Part shown: piece after piece, positions 21,327 through 29,543 of the stretch | Numbering within the stretch: the stretch's first letter is position 1 | How the letters are laid out: each line of letters starts with the position of its first letter | Assembly (NCBI GenBank): GCA_017406955.1 | Contig: JAFQXM010000003.1 | Location: forward strand, 14,527-78,526 | DNA: 64,000 nucleotides | From: Bacilli bacterium | Lineage (GTDB): Bacteria > Bacillota_I > Bacilli_A > RF39 > UBA660 | Reading direction: 5' to 3' | Made by a program: the position numbers and the translations under genes | The notes under the pieces: model-generated | Databases searched by the model: none | What the model saw: the letters and a program-made list of their open reading frames with translations, nothing else | What the model was told of the DNA's origin: nothing

Positions 21327-22154
21327 CTATTTTTCTTCAAAATCTTTATTTACGTCTTCTTTTAAAATTTCTGGGTTATTAAATAAATATTCTATAGATT
21401 TCATTGCTTTACAAAATAAGAATCCATCAGCTATTCTTTCATCCATAGTAAGTCCCATTTCCATATAATATCTTTTATTTTCTTCTTTTATTTCTCCAAA
21501 AGTAATTATGCCTGAACATGTACCTAATTCTGTTAAATGGTGATATATAGCTCCTGTTTTAAATGTTCCTAAATTAGATACCATCAAACTAGTATAATAT
21601 ATATTTTCATCAGCGAATGATTTAGGTAATTCAAACTTTTTATCTACCCATTTTAAGAACCCTACTATTAAACTCCTAAATGGTCTCCATAAGTGACCTA
21701 CTTTATCAATAATATCATTAGCACCATCTGTATGTCTTTTACTTGTATCTCTAATATCATCTATTTTCTTTTTAATATTATCTGATATTTTATATATATT
21801 ATCATCTTTATTTATTTTTAAACATGCCATAAACTCTTCACTTTTTTCATTAAATTCAGCTTTCGCAACAAAACCTAATGTTACATCATAATGCATAAAT
21901 AAAGTTCTATTTTGTACATATCTATTTAAACTAGGATATTTATATAAAGTTTTACCTAAAATTGCTAAGAATCCATGAAAATAAGTTAAATCTTTATTTT
22001 TCCTTTGTTCTTTCTTAATAAATTTTACAAATTCAGTAACATCTATTTTATTATTCATATATACTTCAGAGTCACTTCTTCTAGGCATAAGATCAAACAT
22101 AATGTTTTGCATACCTGTTACATCTTTTACTTTATAACCACTATTTCTACTCAT
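21327..22154 (-). CDS. Stand-alone 2-oxoacid dehydrogenase acyltransferase (E2) catalytic-domain-like protein
   Basis: PSLNRY, SNLGT and DERIADG (compare DHRxxDG); no lipoyl domain. Confidence 0.75.
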   Translation of the reverse strand: MSRNSGYKVKDVTGMQNIMFDLMPRRSDSEVYMNNKIDVTEFVKFIKKEQRKNKDLTYFHGFLAILGKTLYKYPSLNRYVQNRTLFMHYDVTLGFVAKAEFNEKSEEFMACLKINKDDNIYKISDNIKKKIDDIRDTSKRHTDGANDIIDKVGHLWRPFRSLIVGFLKWVDKKFELPKSFADENIYYTSLMVSNLGTFKTGAIYHHLTELGTCSGIITFGEIKEENKRYYMEMGLTMDERIADGFLFCKAMKSIEYLFNNPEILKEDVNKDFEEK

Positions 22155-22165
22155 AATATTACTCC

Positions 22166-22726
22166 TTACTTATTATTTTCTAAATAATCAGCTAGTTCTT
22201 TATAATAATCTAAATTCCAAAGATTCCATCTTTCTTCATCTGGAAAACAACCTAGTGTTTTTTCTTCGCCTTCAGGAATAAATATAAAATCCCAACTCCA
22301 TCCATAAGTACCACTTTTTTTAGTATCTATTTTTCCTTTAGTGATTCCTTCAAATACTACTGGTTCTTTTGCTGGTTCACAGTATGCAAGTGATTCTTTA
22401 AAATAAGCATTTCTGTTTTCTATACCTTCCATTAACTTTAATAAACCATCTTCTCCTATAGTATCATCTGCATAATGAGAATATACTCCTGGAAAACCAT
22501 TTAATCCTTCTACAAATAATCCTGAATCATTTTTTAATACTGGGATACCTAATTCATTAGCAGCCCATTTAGCAGAGTATTTGGATACCTCTACTACATC
22601 ATCTGCTTGTATTTCAGGTGTTTCCATCTTAATATTATCAATTTCATAACCTAATGGTTCTAATGCAGATCTTGCTGACTCTATTTTAGCCCAATTCCCA
22701 GTAACATATGTTATCTTCTTTTTCAT
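22166..22726 (-). CDS. Ham1/RdgB family non-canonical purine NTP pyrophosphatase (divergent)
   Basis: TGNWAK, PEIQ, DSGL.V.GLNGFPGVYS and WDFIF.P motifs. Confidence 0.8.
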   Translation of the reverse strand: MKKKITYVTGNWAKIESARSALEPLGYEIDNIKMETPEIQADDVVEVSKYSAKWAANELGIPVLKNDSGLFVEGLNGFPGVYSHYADDTIGEDGLLKLMEGIENRNAYFKESLAYCEPAKEPVVFEGITKGKIDTKKSGTYGWSWDFIFIPEGEEKTLGCFPDEERWNLWNLDYYKELADYLENNK

Positions 22727-22783
22727 ACTACCTCCAAAACTTAGTCTCATTATAGCATAAAAGTAGATTATTAATCTACTTTA

Positions 22784-23251
22784 TTATTCTATTACTTCTC
22801 CAATAATTATGTAATGAGCTTCTCCCATATCACCATAAAATGATTTTACTTCATCTGGAAGATTATCTTTATTCATTTGTTCCATATATAATTTTTTACA
22901 AATTATAGTTTCACTAGCTTCTTCATAAGTAATAGAATTATCTAAGTATTTTGGTGTAAAGTTAGTTTCTTTTACTTTATCTATATCTTTACCAGATTTA
23001 GTACCAAATACTAATAATTTATCTTTATATTTATCATCATAGAAAGATACTGTAAAATAATCATTATTTTCTAAAAACTCATATGTATATCTTTCAGGTC
23101 TAATATAAATAGTAATAACTTTCTTATTCCAGATAGTTCCCATAGATCCCCACGATATAGTCATACTATTAAACTTATCTTCAGTACCTGCAGTAACTAG
23201 TGCCCAATCTTTATCAAATTTAGTAAATGGATTAATATTATAATCATTCAT
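22784..23251 (-). CDS. Flavin reductase-like protein
   Basis: WALVTAG, NSMTISWG, IRPERYT and GTKSGKDIDK motifs. Confidence 0.85.
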   Translation of the reverse strand: MNDYNINPFTKFDKDWALVTAGTEDKFNSMTISWGSMGTIWNKKVITIYIRPERYTYEFLENNDYFTVSFYDDKYKDKLLVFGTKSGKDIDKVKETNFTPKYLDNSITYEEASETIICKKLYMEQMNKDNLPDEVKSFYGDMGEAHYIIIGEVIE

Positions 23252-23261
23252 TTTATCACTC

Positions 23262-23885
23262 CTAATCTATAGTTATACCTTTTTCTTTTAATACTTCTAT
23301 AATACTATCATAACTATCTGGTTCTACTTTTAAACCTATTATTCCTAATCTATTAGCTGTTTCTATATTCTTTTCATTATCATCTATAAATATAGACTCA
23401 TTAGCTTTTAAATTATATCTATTAAGGATTGTATTATAAATACCCTCATATGGTTTAATTTGATGTTCTTGATATGATAATACATAACCATCTACATAAT
23501 TAAATAATTCACTATCTTTTATTGATTCATGTTCATATTTACACATATTAGATAATAAATAAATATTATAACCTTTATCTTTTAATCTTTTTACTATATC
23601 AATTACATCTGGATATAAATCTAAATATAGTGGAAAGCTTTTTAAAAATTTCTCTACTAGATGATCATTCTTATGATTAGTTCTATCTTGTATTTGGGAT
23701 ATTATTTCTTCTATCGTTAAATATCCATTATCAAGCAAACCATATCCTAACCATTCTGGTGAATTTATAATATTTTCTTCTATAAATTCTTGTTCTTCTA
23801 TATTATCAACAAACTCTGGTAATATTTTTTCTCTATCAAAACCTAATATTACATTACCAATATCAAAGATTATATTCTTTATCAT
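23262..23885 (-). CDS. HAD family phosphatase
   Basis: IIFDIGNV, LSN, KP and FIDD motifs. Confidence 0.9.
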   Translation of the reverse strand: MIKNIIFDIGNVILGFDREKILPEFVDNIEEQEFIEENIINSPEWLGYGLLDNGYLTIEEIISQIQDRTNHKNDHLVEKFLKSFPLYLDLYPDVIDIVKRLKDKGYNIYLLSNMCKYEHESIKDSELFNYVDGYVLSYQEHQIKPYEGIYNTILNRYNLKANESIFIDDNEKNIETANRLGIIGLKVEPDSYDSIIEVLKEKGITID

Positions 23886-24394
23886 TTCCTTTTCTCCTTA
23901 CTATTTATTTTTAATTGAACTATTGCGATTATATTACTAATAATAGTAAATAAATCAAATATAACAGCAGTATATGATTTTATACTAAAGTCATATATTA
24001 ACCATAATATCATAGTAAAACATATTAAATATTTGAATTTTACCATATCTTTTATATTCATTAACCATAAGTAAGTAACTGTACTAACTAATGGTAATAA
24101 ACCTATAATACCTAAGTTATTTAGCGTTAAAGATAAACCAACAGATAATATAGTTAATATTATCTTTTCTTTTAAACCTAACTTATCTTTATAACACAAT
24201 ATATTTCTAATGAAACTTAAGAAATTTATGATTGCACCTGTAATACCACCTAATACTAGATTGCTAGCTACAAATAAACCTATCTGTATACTTTGTACAT
24301 ATATTATTTTCTTCTTTTTCTTAATAGTACCAGAATATACCATTAATAATGAAGCAATTAGCGCAATGATATTTCCAATTAATATTTGTATCAT
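23882..24394 (-). CDS. YgjV-like inner membrane protein
   Basis: Hydrophobic; LGGITGA...RN and WLIYD patterns. Confidence 0.7.
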   Translation of the reverse strand: MIQILIGNIIALIASLLMVYSGTIKKKKKIIYVQSIQIGLFVASNLVLGGITGAIINFLSFIRNILCYKDKLGLKEKIILTILSVGLSLTLNNLGIIGLLPLVSTVTYLWLMNIKDMVKFKYLICFTMILWLIYDFSIKSYTAVIFDLFTIISNIIAIVQLKINSKEKRK

Positions 24395-24436
24395 ATTTAC
24401 TCTCCTACTTTATTATAACATAAAAAAAGAAAGAGT

Positions 24437-24664
24437 TTATTCTCCTTCTTTAAATTTCTCTACAAATTTAGGAAATATTTCTTTTTCAAAAAGATCTGGG
24501 TCTATTTTAAATATACCATCATCTTTTACTTCAACAAACATAGTATCTGCTTTATTTTCATCGTTTACTAAGTATAAATATGTGTGATCTTTATGATCAA
24601 CTTGTTCTATTACCAAAAACTTTTTATCATTTTCCAACGTCATTGTTTTATCAGTATAATCCAT
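24437..24664 (-). CDS. Small acidic protein, DUF1292-like
   Basis: 75 aa with TLEN.K.F.V....Y.YL pattern; TAATG overlap with the upstream gene. Confidence 0.5.
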   Translation of the reverse strand: MDYTDKTMTLENDKKFLVIEQVDHKDHTYLYLVNDENKADTMFVEVKDDGIFKIDPDLFEKEIFPKFVEKFKEGE

Positions 24665-25767
24665 TATAGACTCACCCCTTTTGGTTTTTCTAATTGTTCT
24701 GGTTTTGCGGCATCTTCTAATATTGATTCTAAATCATTTGGAAGATACTGTTTTCCTAACTCTTCTTCGTAATCTTCATATAATTTATTTGCTTTTAAGT
24801 AATCTACAAATTGATCATATACTCCCATTTTCTTTAAATTTTCTATCTCTTTTTTGTCTTTCATTACTTGTCGAATTGAAGAAATACCAGTTAAAGTGGC
24901 TACTGCTGCTGCAACAACTCCTGCTGTAGCTCCTCCATATTCAAGAATAGGCATTATATCTGAAAAAATTTCCCCTATTGCTGCTGCTCCTGCTCCTGCT
25001 AATATACCTGCTACTCCTCCTGTTGCTAAGCTACTAATTCCTACGTGCTCTAAATACCCTGCTATTTCACTTCTTTGCCCTTTTTTTGCCACTTTGTACT
25101 TTTCGTCATCTTTATCAAGAGTTTTAATAGTTGCTACTCTTTCCATATTATAAGGAATAATATCATCTTCTTTTTCTAAAGTATTTTCTGCTTTTCTAAT
25201 TGCACTTTTTTTCTCTCTATATAAAAGATCTTTTAATTCACTAATATAGTATAATTCAACATATTTTTGTACTTGTTCTTCTGTCATCATATCATATAAT
25301 AAATCTTTTTTCTTAATTTCTTTTATACTATCTTGTATGGATTTTAAATTAAGAATTCTATCTTTTTCTATGATTGATTTTTTTTGTTCTTCTGTCATCT
25401 TATTAAAATATTCTGTTTGGGTTTTTTCTTGTTCTTCATCTGATAAATTATAATAATGTGAATCACCAATTTTTTTATCCCGTAATCGATCATCAACTTC
25501 ATTCATTATAATTCTGTTACGTACTTCTTCTGATAATGAGTTATAATAATCTTCTGATGATAAAAATGGGTTCCCAAATCTTAAATCTTTTCTCATTCTT
25601 TCAGCCTTTAGTTCTTCAAAAGATTTACTTCTATATTTTCTGATTTCTTTTAATAAATAATCAGCTCTTTCTTTTGCTTCCACTTCTGCATCTTTTATTT
25701 TTTTTGTATAATTATTCTCAACTGCAGCCATATCTACTGGATTATCTGCATCTAAATATTTTGACAT
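24664..25767 (-). CDS. Hypothetical protein with Gly/Ala-rich hydrophobic hairpin
   Basis: 367 aa with AGGAGG RBS; segment LATGGVAGILAGAGAAAIG...GGATAGVVAAAVATLTGI; no signal peptide. Confidence 0.75.
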   Translation of the reverse strand: MSKYLDADNPVDMAAVENNYTKKIKDAEVEAKERADYLLKEIRKYRSKSFEELKAERMRKDLRFGNPFLSSEDYYNSLSEEVRNRIIMNEVDDRLRDKKIGDSHYYNLSDEEQEKTQTEYFNKMTEEQKKSIIEKDRILNLKSIQDSIKEIKKKDLLYDMMTEEQVQKYVELYYISELKDLLYREKKSAIRKAENTLEKEDDIIPYNMERVATIKTLDKDDEKYKVAKKGQRSEIAGYLEHVGISSLATGGVAGILAGAGAAAIGEIFSDIMPILEYGGATAGVVAAAVATLTGISSIRQVMKDKKEIENLKKMGVYDQFVDYLKANKLYEDYEEELGKQYLPNDLESILEDAAKPEQLEKPKGVSL

Positions 25768-25794
25768 ACCTATTCCTCCTATTATTCTATCTAA

Positions 25795-25825
25795 ATTTTA
25801 CCCCCCCCCCGAACATTTTTGTCAA
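25795..25825 (-). promoter_or_regulatory. sigmaA-type promoter with G10 homopolymer in the spacer
   Basis: Minus strand TTGACA-AAAATGTTC-GGGGGGGGGG-TAAAAT (19-nt spacer). Confidence 0.75.
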
Positions 25826-25837
25826 GTTTTATACACT

Positions 25838-25862
25838 AAAAAAAGCCTATATTAGGCTTTTT
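25838..25862 (-). terminator. Intrinsic terminator
   Basis: AAAAAGCCTA-TAT-TAGGCTTTTT hairpin. Confidence 0.65.
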
Positions 25863-25874
25863 ATGTAAACTAGT

Positions 25875-26228
25875 TTACTTTATTACTTTTTTATTCCAAG
25901 TTTTCATACCACATTTAGGACATTTCATATATCTAGTTCTTTTTATATGCATAGATAATAATACATCTTTATATGTAGGTATATATTTATTATGACAATT
26001 ATTACATTGATAGTAACCTGCGACTTGTTCTATTTTTATACAATATAATACTCCTACTACAAATATAACGAATCCTATTACTATTAATAGTACTCTTATT
26101 ATATTATTCATTTCAATAAATGATGCAGTAAATACTAGTGTAAATAATGATATTGATGCGGTTAAACCAATTACCCATTCTAGTTTTAATAATAATTTAA
26201 TATATTCTTCTTTTTTCATAAAATACAC
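25875..26228 (-). CDS. Membrane protein with C-terminal CxxC...CxxC zinc ribbon
   Basis: Two TM helices, then EQVAGYYQCNNC...MKCPKCG. Confidence 0.7.
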   Translation of the reverse strand: MYFMKKEEYIKLLLKLEWVIGLTASISLFTLVFTASFIEMNNIIRVLLIVIGFVIFVVGVLYCIKIEQVAGYYQCNNCHNKYIPTYKDVLLSMHIKRTRYMKCPKCGMKTWNKKVIK

Positions 26229-26272
26229 CTCAATTTATTAATATTATATCATAAAAAAAGAGCTTATGCTCT

Positions 26273-26809
26273 TTAATTAGTAAGTGTTAATTCTGCAGTT
26301 TCTATTGGTAAATTACTATAGTTAGCATCTGTTAGATTAATAGTTCTAGTAGCTCCTACTTGGTTTTGTATTTCTACTGTAGATGTATTTGTAGTCATTG
26401 TTGTATTTTGAACATTACTATCAAATTCATGATCTCCATCTGATGCAGTTTGTTTATAATATATTACTGGTGCGTTAGTAGCAGCAAATGGAACATTATT
26501 AAATACTGCATCTCCATTACTATCTGTAGTTATTGCATTTCCATACTCTGTACCTGTACTATCTGTTCTAATGAAAGTTGCTCCTACTATTGGAGTACCT
26601 CCAGCTGTTCCTTCTTCTGTTACATGTAGAGTTAATGTACCATTAGCTGCGATTGTAAAATTATAACTATTAGTAACTTGATCTATTGTAACACTATTTG
26701 GATCTATAGTTGTATTATCAAAGCCATTAACATTAGCTTCTACTGTATAAGTATCATTAATTAACTGTGCTGTTCCTGTACCATTAGTAATGTTTACTAT
26801 TTTTGCCAT
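26273..26809 (-). CDS. Prealbumin/SpaA-like beta-sandwich protein, Thr/Asn-rich, no signal peptide
   Basis: Central TLTLHVT...TPIVGATF..TD...TTDSNGDAVFNNVP...YYKQT pattern; AAGGGGG RBS. Confidence 0.7.
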   Translation of the reverse strand: MAKIVNITNGTGTAQLINDTYTVEANVNGFDNTTIDPNSVTIDQVTNSYNFTIAANGTLTLHVTEEGTAGGTPIVGATFIRTDSTGTEYGNAITTDSNGDAVFNNVPFAATNAPVIYYKQTASDGDHEFDSNVQNTTMTTNTSTVEIQNQVGATRTINLTDANYSNLPIETAELTLTN

Positions 26810-27138
26810 AAGATTAATTCCCCCTTTTCAATTGGCAAATTACTATAATAGTAATCTGTTAATAAAAAAGTGATAGGATTATTTTCTATAATACTACGTC
26901 TAAATTTAAATAAATAACATTTCCTAGTTTTATTTACATAAAACCATATATCAATTATTTCATCTTTAGATATTGCTTCTAATCTATAACAATTATTCTT
27001 TTTTAAACATAATTCTAATTCTCCATTATATGTTTTTCCTTCATATATTAATTTATTATTACTATTGTATATTTTTGTATAAGCTTGAAATCTATTATTA
27101 TATCCTAATCCAGTAAATATTAATTTTATTTTTTTCAT
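26797..27138 (-). CDS. Hypothetical protein sharing its C-terminal motif with the downstream gene
   Basis: Ends LTDYYYSNLPIEKGELILWQK; 13-bp overlap with the next gene; AAGGTG RBS. Confidence 0.7.
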   Translation of the reverse strand: MKKIKLIFTGLGYNNRFQAYTKIYNSNNKLIYEGKTYNGELELCLKKNNCYRLEAISKDEIIDIWFYVNKTRKCYLFKFRRSIIENNPITFLLTDYYYSNLPIEKGELILWQK

Positions 27139-27156
27139 TTCCATCACCTTTCATTT

Positions 27157-27210
27157 TATTATATGAAAAGTAATAATCTATAATATATGCATATTACCTA
27201 TTTTTGTGAC
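27157..27210 (-). promoter_or_regulatory. Putative mother-cell (sigmaK/sigmaE-like) promoter(s)
   Basis: GTCACA-15nt-CATATATTA (27210-27181) and a second CATATAATA (27165-27157). Confidence 0.45.
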
Positions 27211-27240
27211 AATAATTTATAAAAAAAGAAATAGTCTTTA

Positions 27241-28023
27241 CTATTTCTTCTTTACTAATTTCGTTTCATAAGTATTTAATACATCTTTGAACTCATTTGG
27301 TAATTTATTTAAAGCTTCTTCTTTTAAATTATCATCTATTTTATAAATAGCTTCTGCCATTGATCCTACTATTGCAGCATTAGTATCTGTATCTCCACCC
27401 ATATTAATAGTATTTCTAATAGATTCTTCAAAACTATTTGAATTATAAAAAGCATATAAACAATTATCTATAGTTTCACTACAAGTACAGTTAAATTTCT
27501 TAAATGGTTTATAATCTATTACTATGTTTAATTTATCAAATACTTCTTCTTTAGATAATCCTTTTCTTAAATAATATATTATTAAAGCTATCTTAGTGGC
27601 AGAATTAATTGCTTCATCTGTTTTATGAGTAGGAATAGTTGCATAATATGCATTATTAATAACATCATCTTCATTATTAAATAAATATCCTACTGGAGAT
27701 ATTCTCATCATTGCCCCATTACCTTTAGAAAGTCCCTTTATATTAGACTGGCTCCATCTAATTATATTTGGAGAAATCGCTGTATTAAAAAATGGTTCAA
27801 AGTTTGGTTTATAATCTTTATATTTATTTAAATATTTTTTTAAATACTTTTCATAATTACCATGATTTAAAATACAATCTAAGATAGCTATAGTTAATAT
27901 AGTATCATCACTATAAAAAGAATCTTTAGTAATTAATTTATCTATATTTAATTCTTTAGTTTCTCTTACTTGATCATATTCATAAATACTACCAGCTATA
28001 TCTCCTATAATTGCGCCATACAT
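27241..28023 (-). CDS. ADP-ribosylglycohydrolase (DraG/ARH family)
   Basis: GAIIGDIAG, SDDT, GNGAMMR and GGDTDTNAAIVGS motifs. Confidence 0.92.
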   Translation of the reverse strand: MYGAIIGDIAGSIYEYDQVRETKELNIDKLITKDSFYSDDTILTIAILDCILNHGNYEKYLKKYLNKYKDYKPNFEPFFNTAISPNIIRWSQSNIKGLSKGNGAMMRISPVGYLFNNEDDVINNAYYATIPTHKTDEAINSATKIALIIYYLRKGLSKEEVFDKLNIVIDYKPFKKFNCTCSETIDNCLYAFYNSNSFEESIRNTINMGGDTDTNAAIVGSMAEAIYKIDDNLKEEALNKLPNEFKDVLNTYETKLVKKK

Positions 28024-28034
28024 ATAATCACTTC

Positions 28035-28916
28035 CTATAATGTTAATTTCTTTACTTTAGAATTACTTTTTAAATATTTTCTATGTTTATCTAATTCATT
28101 ATTATTCATTGAAATACTTTCTTCATTAAAATAATTACCATATATTATTTCGTTATTATTATTAAAAGTTAATATATTTAATTTGTTATTTTTATTATCT
28201 AGCTCTACTAATGGAGTATGATCTAATTCTTTAACACCATATGCGTATCCTGCACATCCTCCATCTATATTTAAAACATTATCTAATTTATCATATTTAT
28301 ACCCTAAATCATTAAATACTTGGGTATGTCCAACTATTGTAAAGTAATTTTCATTACCTAAAGTTCTTACAAAGCTATCTTCTTTTCTAGACCATAAGTA
28401 TCTATATGTTTTCATATTATTATCTTTTATTCGTAATCTACAAATATCATCTACTTCTTTAGGACATTTAGCATGTACTAAAACTATATTTTTATTATTT
28501 AGAGTTTCTTTAAATTTATGATATATCTTTAAATTAGAAATAAATTTTATTACATCTAATTCTTCCTCTAAAGATACTAATTCTTCTAATTTATCTTTAG
28601 TTTTTTTACCACCATTATATAAAAACCAACTATCAAGTCTTGGCCATTTTCTATCTTTCATAGATAGTGAAGCTTGATACATCATTAATTCATGATTACC
28701 AGCAAGATATTCTATATTAAAACTATTATTATTTTCTATTCTACTTTTAACATCTAATAACATTTCTGCAGAATAGTCTCCTCTATCTATTAAATCACCA
28801 TTTATATATAAAGTAATATCTTCATCTATATCACTATTTAAATTTTCTAAATAATTAATAATTGAATAATAGATATTTCCATTACCATGTAGATCACTAA
28901 CTATAAAATTTTTCAT
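28035..28916 (-). CDS. Calcineurin-like metallophosphoesterase (PphA/PrpA-like)
   Basis: SDLHG, GDLIDRG, GNHE, VHA, GHT and IDGG motifs. Confidence 0.9.
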   Translation of the reverse strand: MKNFIVSDLHGNGNIYYSIINYLENLNSDIDEDITLYINGDLIDRGDYSAEMLLDVKSRIENNNSFNIEYLAGNHELMMYQASLSMKDRKWPRLDSWFLYNGGKKTKDKLEELVSLEEELDVIKFISNLKIYHKFKETLNNKNIVLVHAKCPKEVDDICRLRIKDNNMKTYRYLWSRKEDSFVRTLGNENYFTIVGHTQVFNDLGYKYDKLDNVLNIDGGCAGYAYGVKELDHTPLVELDNKNNKLNILTFNNNNEIIYGNYFNEESISMNNNELDKHRKYLKSNSKVKKLTL

Positions 28917-28986
28917 GTAATCACTTCTTTCTAATTGTGATATTCTATCACAAGATTAGATAAAAATAAACTTATTTATAATAAGT

Positions 28987-29487
28987 TTATTTCTTAGAAC
29001 CAAATCTTTTGAATGGTAATATAGTTAATGATGTTTTTCCTTTAATATCTTTTCTTTTAATAAAACCAATTATTCTACTATCTACTGAATCTACTCTATT
29101 ATCTCCTAATACTATATATTTATCTTTAGGTATTTTATTAATTTTAAAATTTTCTGTTTTTTTATGCGAAAAGTTTTCTTTTATATATTTATTATTTATA
29201 TATAATTTATTATTTTTATATTCTATCTTTTCATTAGGAAGACCTATTACTCTTTTAATTAAATATTCATTTTTATATTTAATTACTACTATATCAAATC
29301 TTTTAATACTTTTAAATTTATAACTAATTTCATCTAAAATCATTATATCTTTATTATGTAAAGTACTTTCCATAGATGGACCATTTACTCTTATTGGTGC
29401 GACTATAAAAAATTTTATAATTGCGACTACTAATACAATTATTATGTATGGTAATAATTCTTTTAATGTCTTTTTAAATTTTTCCAT
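28987..29487 (-). CDS. lepB: Signal peptidase I
   Basis: GPSMESTL, IKRVIGLP and GDNR..S.DSR motifs. Confidence 0.95.
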   Translation of the reverse strand: MEKFKKTLKELLPYIIIVLVVAIIKFFIVAPIRVNGPSMESTLHNKDIMILDEISYKFKSIKRFDIVVIKYKNEYLIKRVIGLPNEKIEYKNNKLYINNKYIKENFSHKKTENFKINKIPKDKYIVLGDNRVDSVDSRIIGFIKRKDIKGKTSLTILPFKRFGSKK

Positions 29488-29543
29488 ATAATCATCTTCT
29501 TTTCTTATATAATTATAACACAAAAAAAGCTTATTATAAGCTT

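Noticed and set aside
26797-26830. Treating the 116-aa and 178-aa ORFs as one frameshifted pseudogene
   Set aside because: The downstream ATG has a well-placed AAGGGGG RBS and its own copy of the C-terminal motif. Kept only as an alternative in the finding.
15107-28916. Integron-like cassette array suggested by recurring TAGAT...ATCTA hairpins
   Set aside because: Similar hairpins follow core genes such as topA and divIVA and carry U-tracts, so they are best read as terminators. No GTTRRRY attC structure was seen.
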